64,000 nucleotides of DNA, from positions 57,164,001 through 57,228,000 of the forward strand of contig OZ365109.1 of NCBI GenBank assembly GCA_977030845.1. The letters are read 5' to 3'. Source of the stretch: Fimbriosthenelais zetlandica (taxonomy: Eukaryota). The number at the start of each line of letters is the position of its first letter. Position 1 is the first letter of the stretch. The notes under the pieces are model-generated. The model was not told the origin of the DNA. It worked only from the letters and a program-made list of their open reading frames with translations, and ran no database searches. Positions 1 to 13,900 of the stretch are shown here, one piece after another. The position numbers and the translations under genes are program-made.

Positions 1-900
1 CGTTGGTACATTTAACATACATGTGATCGTATAACAAAAGATGTGGTAAGTACAGAAAGGGTGAGCTTCACAGGTGCTCATACGGGAGACGGGTAAGACC
101 CGGCCCTCCGTAAGCGCAGTCAAGTCCAGGAGCGACCCGGACCCAACGAGCACTTCCGTAAGCGTTTCCCGTGGATACGGGAGGATGATACGGGTTTTCC
201 TCCGGGAAACCCGTATCCGGACCCGCAGAGGCCCAGATACGTAAAGACTTGTAGAGTTAAGCCTCTTACGAGGCCGTAGGCCGGACCGGTCGTGGTCCAA
301 CCCATAAACAGGAATGTTCCCGGAACTTCTACCCGAGCGGTTAAGCCCGGACGGAAAGCCCGGGGTGGCTAGTAGTCTCTCCGGAGACCACGCGGCTATC
401 ACAGAAACCAACTCAATCCGACCTCCCCAATAAGGTCGGAACTCGAAGCCCGTCGTGGCCGAGAACACTTGAAGTCGGAGATGGTGAGCGGACTCGCTCG
501 GGAGACCGCGGATCAACCCTAGCCAGGAGAAGACCGACTTGTAGCAGTGAAAGGGAGAGACCCATAATGGCTCCACCATGAACAGCTGAGGTGACTCAGA
601 TGTTCAGACTGTCTTGCAGACCAATATCACTACGACAAGTCACCCACAGCATTATATACCTCATAATACAATACATGTCAATATAGAATAATTATACTCA
701 TAACTTAGAGACTTCCACCTTAAGTAACTCAACTAGTAAAACACACATCTAGTGAAATACCAACATAAGGTCAGTAGAACAATAATTATTACCAACACCA
801 CAGGTGGCGCGGATACACAATCCGGAGCATCCGTATCTCCGCACGGGGGTAACTCACGCATGCGCAGAAGACACATTTAGACCCGTATATGGTCAGCACA
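1..900 (-). mobile_element. LTR-like segment of a retrotransposon, running off the window edge
   Basis: Minus strand starts TGTGCTGACC at 900, then an AT-rich U3-like block, TATATAA at about 659-653, then a CpG/GC-rich block. No second LTR or pol gene in the window. Confidence 0.35.
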
Positions 901-949
901 GGTGATGAGATTATGTCTCATGTCCAAATAAATGTTCCTGGAGGAGTAT

Positions 950-3750
950 TGTCACTTATGTAAACTACTAGCACCTACGCATAATGCGGTTAAAGAAAAC
1001 GGCCATTACACCATATCATGTCCCAGTCTTTATCATGTCTCTAAATGGAAATAAAGAATTAAAACATAGACCTAACAGCCAAAGCACCACTGAGGAGGTC
1101 ATTACTGAACACATGGGGCTTTCCTTCGTCCCAAGAGATGGCATACTTGTGGTCAAGGGAGATGCATGTGCATCGAATTTGCTACAGAATTAATTCAAAT
1201 AGAAGGATGAGTTAGGAGTAAGGCCTATTACATTGCCGCTCTTGGCTCCTATGTATTATGTACACTGTGTACCATGGTTATAAAGCTAATTTCACATCCA
1301 GTCCATTCGTGTCGTTTTAAATGATTTCTGGGTGGATAATTCCAGCCCAATTAATGGTCATTCTCCTACTTTCTCTGTAGAGTATAATCCTGTATAATTA
1401 TAGATTTTACTCCAAACTTCCTTGATCCTTTTTGCTATACGTTCTATATACTGACGCAATGCCACTAATCTTGCAACAGTTTATTTGATTCGAGTGTGTA
1501 AGTAATAGATTTAGCCTTAGAGATTATATTGAGATTATATGCATAGGCATACTGAATGTTGTAATTATACGTGATTATTATAATAAGATAATAATCAGTG
1601 TCAACATCCACTCCCAAAAATAATATTGGTCAATTTATTTGCAAAAAAAAGGAAAAAAAAGATTTAGTGTTATCAAACAAATGACATTTATATCTTGTTG
1701 GATATAGTAGAAGAGAACAGTGGGAGTGGTGGATCGTCTAGCTGTATTATAAAGTGTGACCAGCTATTAGTATAATGCACCCTATGGCCTGAGTGAACAT
1801 CCTGAATCCATCCATTGTCCTCCCACCCTACTTGTCTGTTGAAGTGGAGTTGAAACCCATTCAACAGGGGAAGACATGATCCAGCATGCTGTCCCTCCGT
1901 GATTAATAGGCGCTTAATGGTGCATAAAGTAAAACCACAGAGAAATGTGGCCTATAGTCACCACTTTTTAATTCCTGGCCCCTCTGATAAGGCACTCTCC
2001 TACACTGTTGCCAATATAGTCTCCTCCCTGGGCGGCGCATGTATAAACACACAAACCAATATCGCTCCGCTGACATCATTCAGCAAAGGGCGTCTGCCTC
2101 CTCGCTCATCATTTAGGCATTCTCAGTTAGAGCGCCAAGTCATTTCATTATTACATCATATAAATAGATGCAAGCCCACTGATTTATTAGGTATTATTCC
2201 TGTGGTTCCATATGTGATGGAGAATGAGCTTCCCATAAAGAGATGAGGAGCTAAAAGGTTCTTCTTTTCATATCTACCTACAAAGAGATTACTTTACCAC
2301 CGTGCATATCAGACCCGGGCTCCCTTATCATCGCCTATATAAAGTCTGATGACGGACTATTGATCTTATATTATGAAATAGTTGGTGTATATCTACAGTG
2401 ATAGGAAAAAAGACTATCTGGCCAGGTCATGATCTAATGGACTATATTCAGAAGGCCGTTGCATAAAATATGACAAATGCACAGCGTTAACCAAGAATAT
2501 ATAGCCATTATATATATCCATCTCTTCCATGTCTTTATATTTTATAATATCAATATCTCCGTTCCCTGCCAGATATTTTCTTGTTATAAATAATGCCAAG
2601 GATTTTTTTTACAAAATGGAGTAGAGTACCATTTAAACAATTGCAGCTGTGAAATAGGCACATGCAGGTAGATATTATGATAAATGCGACATTTCCATAT
2701 ACTACTCTTATTCAGTTATTATTAATTTCAAGTATTCGGGCAATCTCAAGAACAGGTCCTCTTCATTTTAAGTTTTAAATCCATCTGACATCCACTGCTG
2801 ATTAAAAACTATTATGTGGTCATTTTTCTATTGTCATTGCAATTATTAATTCAAATAAAATCTTGTTCATCGCACGCCATACAAGATTCCGACGGAAAAA
2901 GACTCTTTATAAAGCTATAGAGAAATGATCATCTTTATGAACAACCGGCATCTATGAGCAAGTAAAAGGTTTGACTGGAGAACCCTATTTATAGCAACAT
3001 GCCATATTAGCTGGCAGCCTTTCCCTGCGTCATCCAACCATTTATGTATACTTAGTAGAATTGCGCTGATGGCAAGTCCTCTCTTCTTGCCCATTTTTCA
3101 TGCACTTAAGGGACTGTACTTCTCCCAACATTATCTTCCCTCAGTAATGTTAAGGAAGACTCCTTTTCCTAAAAGATATGCATTGAAAATGATGGCAAGA
3201 AAGGGGTGGGTAATTCAAGGCAATAATCATTGGCAATAATCATATAAATTCCATATAGTCAATGTATTGGTTGTTGGTTTTCTCGTGTGCCACTCCACTC
3301 CTAACACGCCCACACCTTGGATAGTGGCCTCGCATATATACATTTTGTGTCCTTTAATAATCTTTTTTGCATGGTACTGGTTGCACCTGTGCCTTCTCCT
3401 TTACTGCCTCTTTACAAAAGAAGGGGAGATAATGTCATCTGTGAAGCGGGTTTCTATGGGGTGTTACAACCACTGCTCCATTCAAGGCCAATTTATCAGA
3501 GGGATTCAAGGCATGTTGAGCCTTTGATGAAGCGTCTCAGCGCCTACCTGAGTGGCTGGCCTGCTCCAAGATCCAATGATCGATGCTCTAGGACAACACT
3601 AAGAATTATTGATGTCCTCTTCCATATTTAGTCCTGGCTATGGTTTACATTAGCACTCTGATCACGAGGGTCACTAGGGCTTGCTTAGCATTCAAACTCT
3701 CCCCTTGATCCAAAGAGATTCGCCAAGAGATTGCCTACTGAAGGCTCTCA
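950..3750 (-). mobile_element. Highly decayed non-LTR retrotransposon (LINE) ORF2 remnant
   Basis: Frameshifted motif traces in plausible order on the minus strand: IDYM (about 3260, endonuclease end), K.PG.D (about 2315), DYRP (about 1955). Many stops; boundaries approximate. Confidence 0.3.
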
Positions 3751-4920
3751 TTAGGTTGGAAATATTACTCCGCAGGAGGCTGGTCTCAGCATTTCACATA
3801 ATATGATCTTATTGTTAGGGACGCCCGGCGGTTCTATGAAATAGACTAGTCTTGGACTTTCTTACTAGTTAACTTACATGTACGTACTTGCCTTTTTTCC
3901 CATCCCTCCACCCCGCACTCTATCACTCGTATTTCGTATATTTTAATTTTAAACTTTTCTGTCCTAATCAAATATGCATAGTTTATGTACCAGTATATAT
4001 GTATAAATCAAATGTGGACAAAAGCTGTACAATAAAACAGTTAATACACAAAAATCCTTCACCAATAAATTTGGCGTGGAGCTATTCAGTTGGGCCCATT
4101 AAAACATGAGGGTTACCTGTATCCTTCGTCCCCATGCCATCTATCTCATGCATGAGAATTTGGTTTATATCTTGACATTAAATTCAGAGCCATTGTCCTA
4201 GGAATACTTCCCGTGCACAGATGTTAAATACCATTGGTTTTGTAACCACTTGATTGAGATTTGACCTCCTTTTCTTTCAACATGTAATATCTTTTATCAT
4301 TCTGAAAATGAAATGGTACCCTTTGTTTCTTTGATCGTTAATCGCCCAAGCGTGGATGGATAAAGTTAACTCTGTCTTCTCTCGTTCTGGTTTACATAAA
4401 ACCTATACTTGTCAGCGCCACGATAGGGTCATACAAACATGACGTCTGTTTATATTAGAGAAGGGTGTGGCTGTTCATTGTTTTCTTTTCTTATTTCCAA
4501 CCTGAATTTGATAAATATGCCAATCCTCATGAGTTCAGATGTAGCAATGGCCGAATCCCAGTCATGCATGTTCTCGGCCGGGGATCTAGAATTTCGTCCA
4601 CCTCCACACACCCAGCATACTAATGTATCCATTAGCGTCACCTAGTGGGCTCGGCGGTGCTTAATCCTGCAACGCTGAGTGATGGTCGCTGCGCATGCGC
4701 ATTTTGTTTGAGTAATTGAATACCAATTAATTCAAGGTCCAGGCACCTAATGGTAGTCTACTAATGGTGAAACAAACATACTCCCTCCAAACCTCTAATT
4801 GTGTGTTAATGCTTTGCCTCGACAGAGGTTAATTTGGGTGGTTCTATTCCTATCACTGTTCTCACAATTTCTTCCTGCCATTTTTGTTCCGCGACTTAAA
4901 TATGAAATTCTTTTTTGCAG

Positions 4921-4977
4921 TATGAGGTCCAACAGACGACTTCAGCTGTTGCCGCCAGCACTGCAATCACAGATGAG
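4921..4977 (+). CDS. PKD1L1: PKD1L1-like exon (YEVQQTTSAVAASTAITDE), phase 0-0
   Basis: ttttttgcag acceptor, gtaagt donor; reads continuously into the next exon (AITDE|LSEES). Confidence 0.75.
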
Positions 4978-7900
4978 GTAAGTCGTAACCAGACATTTAT
5001 TTTTAACCTATTATTTCAAACAACATAAATAAACACCAAAATAACCTCCGGGCCTTGCACAGTGCACCTTTCCTTGTAGAAGCCACTTGGACTATTGTTG
5101 AAGCCACCGCGCTACCAACTCGGCTAGCTGCTTTCAGTATTTGTTCTCGGCGAAAAAACAATATTTGACTTTCACCCTAGTTGATGGGCTGTGAAACGCG
5201 GTATGGTCTAAAAGCAGCGTGGCAGAGGATGTTTTATTTGAAGGCCATGATTATAGTGCATGGAGATGAATGTATTCAGACAGCCATGGTGGCTCCATCC
5301 TCTGTTGATCCTTGGTATTTTTCATTAAAAGTCAAATGGATTTCTGGATTTTGAAAGTGTTTGCCGACCTGGTGAGATGTAAAGGCTAGCATTTTGTGGC
5401 TTGTTGATTCAAACTCGCCTACTTTTTCCCCCTAGTCGGTCGTCATTCACGTTGTTATCTGTTGCCCACTATTCCCATCACGAATGACTAGGAACAGAGG
5501 CAGTGGTTAAATTATCAGGGGAAGCCTCACACTTTCAACCCAGAAACACAACAAAGCTACATTCACAATTCTAAACAATGAATAGCTAAACGCGGGAACT
5601 GAAGGATGAATGGAAGTCGATTTTTAATCAATCAAAAGTGAACTATTTTCACCTTTTGCAGTATATACAATATAAAGGCCCTATTTTAAATGCTGTTCAT
5701 AGCATTTAATCTTGCTTGTAAAAGAGTGCATCACCACTATTGATGTACATTCATTGTTTGCATTGCTACTCGCCATAACCATGGTCTTTTAATTCCATAA
5801 TGTAAGAATTACATTTGTGATCCCATTTTCTGCCTTCGGCAGCTTAAAACAGACTATGTGCTGTTCATTGCACTTCACTATGTACGCCTATTGTTGATAT
5901 TCAATCAAGTTTGATTACAGTGAATCATCATTTTTTGCATCAGTGATAAGATCATACCTCGGTTGAGAGAACAAATTCCTTCCGGATGTATACCTCGAAT
6001 TGTAGCCTATAGCTATATAACCTCACTGTTCTTATACATCACAATGAAATGATTTTAAAAATTCACTGGGTTTCCTTAGCCAAATGTCGTGCCATTTTTG
6101 TTAGTTAAAGTTCATTTCATTGCCATCTAGTGGCGATGAGCAATACTAAATGAGATGTTCTTCGCGTGCATGTGCATTGGAAAATCAACACGTTTGTCTT
6201 ACCATTTGAAATTTTGAAAATCCAGCTTGTGATTATTCAGGAAAGCTCAATACTCTGTCGCAGATTAAGCCTTTCACGAAACAAAGTGTGGCAACGACCT
6301 TTTGGAGAAACAAACTATGTAATCCTAACATTTGACCTCGCTGGTGCCATTCTGTAAGCTTTTCATGGCACATGCCTCCTGTATCTCGTCCCATACAAAC
6401 CAACGTCCTTAAAAAGCTGGCGCTGATGATGTGCCCGATTCAATCTGATCATTATAAGCTTTTGCATTCTAAAAATGAAGCCACAGTATGAATGTTTCAT
6501 GTTTCACCTAACCAGCCTTGGGTCCCGTGTGGTACGCCCAGCCCACGGCCATTTTTATCTTCTTATCCGCCTGTGAATAAGTGGATTAAACTTGTGCCAT
6601 TAAAATTTTCATTTCCCTCTCCCATCAGTGCAAACAATTGCGAAGTGGCTTTGAAAAAAATGGCTTCCTACGAAGGCGGTTATAAACAAGCTAAGCTGAA
6701 AAGTGTAGAGTAGGACATGAATCATGGCGGGCCCCTTCATTAATGCTGCCTTATTTATTTACCTCACTTCTCTAAAGCTTCTTTTTTCATCTCTCACTCC
6801 TTGTAGGTCTCTTTTTTCCTCATGGCTTTCTTTCAATCGGAAGAAGAAATAAAATGTGTGAACTGGCGCTGCCCTGTCTAGAGAAACCTGAGTATATAGG
6901 CTGCAGGAAAGCCTTGTTTGCCTTAAATGGCATCAGCTATGCCTATAATGCGTATTGTGATAAGGTTGAGGATCGAGAATGCAGTCCATATACTCTCAGC
7001 CCTTCAAGAGCTGTTTAATTACCTAGAGTGTATTGACTCAGACGTCAAGACATCAGAAAATATGATAAAACAGAGACGAATATACTTCATTATATCACAC
7101 GATTCTCTTAGAAACTGCGAGCTGCAGGCTTTAGGCATGAATCTTTCACAGCTCAGCTTTCACCCGCTTAGTCATCAGATTTTTAACAATACTTATTGTT
7201 GCAAGTTTGTCAAAGCATACTAGTAGCAAAATTTGATCCTGATAGTACAAGCACTAGACATCAAAAGAAGTAAGAAATCAGACTCATCGAACACCCATCC
7301 AATGGAAATCCTGCTACATATCATTGTTACTAAGATATTGTTTGTATTTGCGGTAGCTGAATGTGCGATAGCGGTTAATCATTTATCTTTTAAGGTTGAT
7401 TTCAACTTAAACTTAACTGTCTTATCTTTCCAGCTCTCTGAAGAAAGCCTTGAATATGCTTCGGAAATCTTGGTTAAAGCCTCCGAACGGGTAACCCAAA
7501 TCTCTGACATCACCAAACACGTGGACCGTGACATCATTTCCGTGGCCATCGTGGGTTCGTCCAACATTGTGGCTGCAGTATCAGACCCCAGAGTTGATCA
7601 TGAAAGAACTAAACCGGTAGTGGAACGTGCCAGATGGTCCATCCACAACCTCACACAGGTGAGATTCCTATCTTTTTCTTGAATTATTTAAAATACTTTT
7701 ATGAACTGGATGACACTGACTGGTTAATAACTCATTTATCAGAACCTGTCCGAATTTTTTTGTTTCATCTGGTCTTAACCCCTTTTAGACTAGAATATTC
7801 TGCTCGAAAATAGAATATTCATTAAGTCTTGACATTTACAAGCACAAGCATAAATATTCAGAGAAATTGCCCTGTGGAATATGTCATGCTGTAAAAGCTT

Positions 7901-10900
7901 TTTATTCCATGATTTCGTTTTATTTGCCCTTCTTACTCGAGTAGCCTACATTTTCAGTTTGAATTGGTTTGCTGTGAATGATGTTGAATTATTATTGTCA
8001 GCATGAGAGTGCCTTAGCTATGAACTAAAACATAAGATGAACTTTGGTCTGAATCAGGGGGCCTTTTCCTAAAAGGATGCACACTACATAGGTTTATCCT
8101 TCAGTGGTTGTTGCTGCATGCTTTGTATATAAGAACACTCCCCTTTGAACTTGTTATTGGAGATGTTTTGTCCCCTCATGTCTAAAACAAGTGAGTTAGA
8201 GAAACACAATCATGTAATTGACACTTTAGCAGTCTCACATGTCATGGACAATGGTCTGGCTGGGCTGAGTGAACTGGGAGTGTCTCTGAAAAATCCTGCT
8301 TAACACTGGTCCATACTTAACATGTACAAATGGTGTGCAGCTTCTTTTTCTGAAACAAACCCCAGGGGCACCTCGGTGTTAGTTACACTGATGAGATCAA
8401 ATGGAGCAAAAGCACCGCAGAGGCTGCAAATGGAAAGTAGCGAAACCTCTGCTATATTTTAACTCACCCCACCCCTCCATTCTATGTTTTCTAACTATAT
8501 GGTTAAGAATCTCGGTCTAAACAATCTACTGATTGTCGATCAGATGGGGACATACCAACAGAGAGTTTCCCTATTTATTTTACATCGAATGAATAATCAT
8601 GGATATACAGGTTTGTCCTGCTAGATTCAACAAGACAGATCAGTAAATGATGGCTAAAGTAATGTATCCTGATATATGGTGTTTATATTCCAATGTTCAT
8701 GTCTCTTGAAGTGGAGCTCATTCGAGTCTTGCGGGGAAAAAAGTCTTTCCTTAACTTCTGTCAGGGTATTAAACAAATGTGGATATTATTGATGGGTGAA
8801 TATGTTGGACATTCAGTATGAAACCCTCCTCCTGGTCCTCTATCCTCCATGGCCTTGGAACCCGATCTGTTACCCATGCCCTGGTAACGATTCGGAAGGG
8901 AGAGCTTTAATGGTGCGCACCAAACAAATGTCTGACTGGGTGAGTGGTCGGTACACGCTTGTAACTGCCCCACCAGTCAAGTGTTCTGAAAACAAAGCTG
9001 CCTAGTCATTAAGCTGGGCGCGCACCATGACGCTATTTCCTAATCGTCCTCTTAATTGTCCGGCTTGTTGTTAGGCCTATCACCAGATCACATGTAATTA
9101 ATTTAATTAAATCAATTGGAGTGGAATTAAACAAGAGCTTTCTTCTGATAAGGTGGCCGCGCCATTTTGTCTAGAAGAAGGCGACAAATGTCGATCTACT
9201 TCCGCCGTGTGGTTTTGGAAGTAGCGGTTAGTCTTTTTTTGGTGGCCACCTTGCCAGAAGAGTCTCTCCAACATTTGGCTCTCGGTCAGAAGCAGTATTA
9301 AGCATTCTCTTTGCGCATGCGTTTCCACTAGTTCATATGTGTGTGATTGGGGAACTGTCCAAGATTACTATGCATATGAAGTATCCCATTTTACTTAAAA
9401 AACGTACCATGTTCTAATGTTCTAACATTCAATGCTAAACGATGCAGCACTAGATATGCAGTTCAGGATAAACTGTGTTTCCCCGTCAATAACTTTTCCA
9501 TATAAAATAGAACCGACAGATAAAGCAACAACCCAAGACGCAGTCTCCTTCTATCGCCGAAGTTGACTGGAAGGGGAGACTGGCTTCCTTTCTGCAGGGA
9601 CTACTATTTCCCGGCGTTGCTGGGCAGAGAGGAAAAAATGCCTCATGAACAAAGGCGGAGGATAGAATTTCGATCAAGGCACGTCTTCTTAGATGCGATA
9701 GACCTCCGTGATTGGCATTCTCTGTAGCCCCAGGCGTTTCCACAGACACTAGCCTTCATCGAAAAAAAAATATATATCCCTACCTGTCATTATCATAACA
9801 CGTTGAAAGTGGTTTAGCAATGCGCATATATACCAGACACTTTTTTCTGCTGACATTGAACAAAACATGAATAAACTGCTAAAGCTATTACGTTTACATC
9901 AGTCAACGTTAAATTGAATTACATTTGCTTCAGTATTTGTTCTATGCACAGATGGGTCGCACGTGTTGTGAATTCACTTGCCTTTTTATCTGGCCATATA
10001 TTGATGTCACTTGCCTATTGTATTATCGATATTTCTTTTCCCAGGACAACGTTAAGTGTACACCTTCCATTTCTCCTTCAGCCTATTTATTCTAGATTAT
10101 TTGTATGTACTTGATTTGCTCATTTTACATTGACAACGTTCGTACTGAATTGCCAGAGTCTACATTGTTATAACATCGAAAGATTATCCTAACAGGATGA
10201 ACCTGAACTATATCATAATACCATTACAAATTAACTCCCTTTTTATAGGCATATGTACCGGCAACGTGTCTATTCTCATATAGCCTGTGATTATATGGTC
10301 GTGGAATGCAAAACAAATATTTTCCCATCTACTGTTATCAACGTACCACAGCTTCTATATATGGAGCATCACCCCATCAGAATATTGTGTGACTATAAAT
10401 ATAACGCACTTTCTTGCCTTTCCATTTTCATTAATAGACCGAATTAAACTTCACCGTACCGGGAGAGGAGCCTCTGAAAAGGGAAACGGAACACTTGTCT
10501 ACATACGCTGGCAGATTCAAGATGAGCCATCTTCCAAATATTGAGACCAGCGCTGCAAACTTCACACTGCCTAACAACCTTAATGCTGTCCTTGAGAAGC
10601 AGATCACGACCAAACAAGGTGGTTACCATAGCAACGAGACGCGAGACTGCTACGAAATGCACGTTGTTACATACAAGCAAAATCCATTCCTATATGGAAA
10701 GGGACGTCTGCAGCAGGTTAGGACTTACTTCACACTGTACTTTCCCTCAACCATTTTGATTAGGGCCATGTTTAGAGTGCAAATAATAAAGGCAGAATTG
10801 ATCCTCCTGGGTGAACCTAAAGGAGCGTAGAACCAGTGATTCATCAATCTGATTGCACTGCTATTTATATTGTAAATGGTCAATGTGATAAGTGCCACCT

Positions 10901-13900
10901 GTTCACTTTTAAACGCGAAGCCTTCCCCCTATACGGTTATTGACCAGCTATGTATGCACCATGTGTGTAAACAAGGTTGTTCTGTATGTAGTTATTGAAC
11001 GTCCACATCATGCATACTGCCTTCAGTTTTCACACTAAGGAAGCAATCGTTGTGCATTCACAGCCAGGCATTTTAAAGTTAATTTATTTTTTTAAATAGC
11101 TCATATGGCCTTATATCTATTGTAGCTTTGTAAACCTCCAATAAAAGCTGTAGATGATAATGTACATTTTCTGTTTTGTTAGGTCCAGTCTCAGGTGGCC
11201 TCACTAGCCCTGTTTGCCTGTGGAGGCCCACAGTTGGCTATACAAGACTTGCCACCTTCAGACCAGGTGGTCATGACAATTCCTCATTTACCAGAAAAGG
11301 TGAGACCCATTAAGACTATAGCTCACTATACAGCCTTCTCTATTCTCAACAGCATATCTTTTTCTATCTCCATAAACACGTGCTCTACCTTAATTCTTTC
11401 TTACATCTTTTTCTACTCGATATTTCAAAGTTCCTATCTTCCACTGTTCCAATATATTTTCATTTTCTATACTGATATTGCCACAAAGAATGCTCAATTT
11501 AATTTTTTACTTGTCTATAGGTTCTACAGAGTAACTATTTAGACATTTAAATCCTGGAGCTTCCACTGTAAAAGATAGTCAAGATAGTGGAAGCAATGCT
11601 CTGACCTGTTTCAATAGCATGCATAATTGAACATAATGAATGACCTTTGTGATAGCATATGGAATAATAATAGCCAACATCTTTTAATATTCTTCAGGTC
11701 AATAATGAATTGCCAACCTACGTGCTTCATAAACATCAAATGAAGGTCCATCAAATCAACGTTAGCCTTGATCCTACTGACGATAGGTCAGTCTACATCC
11801 TACTGGAGCTGGAGCCCCTCTCACAAGGCCGTCTCTTCCCTATAGCTCTTCTCCTAAGGTAAGCAAAGCTCTCTCTCTGTCTTCCATTCTCTCTCTCCCA
11901 TTCTCTGTCCACCGCCCATCCCCTGTAGTTATTCCCCATTCATGCAGGCTCGTCATATTAGTGCTTATCCCCAAACGCAATTCTCGTTTGAGGGATTGGA
12001 TTTCAAGATAATTCATCCGCCTGGGTATTCTGACTAGGGCAAAGCTGTGCTGGGGCATGCCTGGGGTGGGAGAAGATAGGGCTAGAATGTATTATATGGC
12101 CGACTAGGCGGTCCCTAGTTGGGGATAGGATTGCAGGCCTGATGGACAGTCCGCCATTACTGGCTGTCCAATGGGTGGTGGATGGCTGACATTTGTGTTG
12201 GCTTCTTAATTACAGGAAGTCGTTCTAGGTTAATTGACACCATACTCGGGGCCTGAGGAATGGTTTCCGTCTGCCATTCTTAGCAATAATGGTGGCCACG
12301 CGGAGGCTATTCTAGACGTTGGCTCTTCACCGCGGCCACTAACACAACATTGGTTTGGCAGAAATTATGGAATCAGATCTTGCGGAAGTTGCATGGGGAG
12401 AGGGACAGGGGAGGGGAAATGATAGGATCACTGTCAACCCACCGAGGCAATGACACGCATTCACACCGCGCACGCAGGCTCACCACAGCCCTACAAGCCC
12501 TGAAGCTGCACCAAGGTGATGCTGTGATGGCATGTATTGGCTCCATGTAAATCATGTGAATTCATACATGTTATACAATAATCTTCTCCTTGGGGGAACC
12601 AAATGCACCATTTGGTTTATGACCTCTCTACCTTGCAATCAGTTGGCTTGAAGAGGTGTTAGGTCACCTGCAGACAATGGTGAAGATTAAGGTCTGGTGG
12701 CTTATTTAATTTGGAAGGCCAACAGATTCCATCGTCTGAGAGGAGGATGAGGGGATCCAGGCGTGCATGCATTCCCATCATGCAGAGGAAACAATCAATC
12801 AGAGCAACAGTCACTTGCTTGTGGGCACAGCACCCTCCCTGCCCCACCCTCCAACACCAATCTCTCTACTCGGTCTAACCCCCTCCCCCGCGCCCAAGAC
12901 ACATTGCCAGCGTCCAGCTGCACCGCCTTATCCCAGCTTCTTCAGCTCTGGAAATGGCAGCCTTCTTCAAATTACAGACAGACTGTGCCAGCCAGGGCTT
13001 CAAATCTTGCGCCTTCCAAATCTCCGCCTTAAAGCCATGGCATGATCCAAAAGAGATGGATTATCGCTATTTTATAACCGCTAATGACACTTCATCCACC
13101 AGTCCAGGCTACTCAAAAATGTCTCTGTGCCAGAGGAAGGAAGAGTGAATGGCGAGGATAGCGAGCTCTTGACGAAGGCACTTCCTCCGTTTTTACCATT
13201 ATGGATGAGATGGTCCTGTTGTAGGTAAAGCCCGGAGGTGCTTTAATGCACTTTCTCCTGTGTATAAAACAGGAAATGAACCTAGTACATACATACTACT
13301 TCCTCTGGCAGAGGCTGGAAATTGGCATCAGTGTATAAATAATGTAATAATGAAGCTGGAATGAGTGAGAAATCTCCGTCATTTCTCCCAGTCTTAATAC
13401 CACGTCTGATCAGGTAGGGATGTAATCTTCTTCGATCAATGAGGATAACCTAGATAATTAGATTATATTCCCACTTTCTTGTGTGGACTCGATTAGCCCA
13501 ACCTTATCCAAAGACTAACTGTACTTGAAAGCAGGGTAATTCACTAAAACTCGGCTTCCCCCCCACTTCACCCCATACTCGATAACCTCCCATTGAAACA
13601 ATCAATACGACTCTCAGGCTTGTACTTGTTACATCAATGGAAATGTAGCCTTTCTTGTATCGATGGAAAAGTTATCCCGGTGAAACTGAGAAGCGGCGTC
13701 TTGGGTTTCTTTAATGTTTTAAGATAAGGCACACATCTGTAGAGCCATGATGTGTTTCCCACCTTGGCATTCAGAGTATGCCTTTGCTGGGTAATTGTCT
13801 CATATACATGAACGTGGGTCACATTGAGTACATGGCGTTGCTCTGGATTGGATGCCTTCTATATATGTGGCTTCCCCGGGCCAAGTGGCTTCAGCCAACT

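Noticed and set aside
5060-5135. Possible SINE head on the minus strand (TAGCCGAGTTGG A-box-like)
   Set aside because: No convincing B box or cloverleaf.
7775-7790. piggyBac-like end TTAACCCCTT
   Set aside because: No matching second TIR found nearby.
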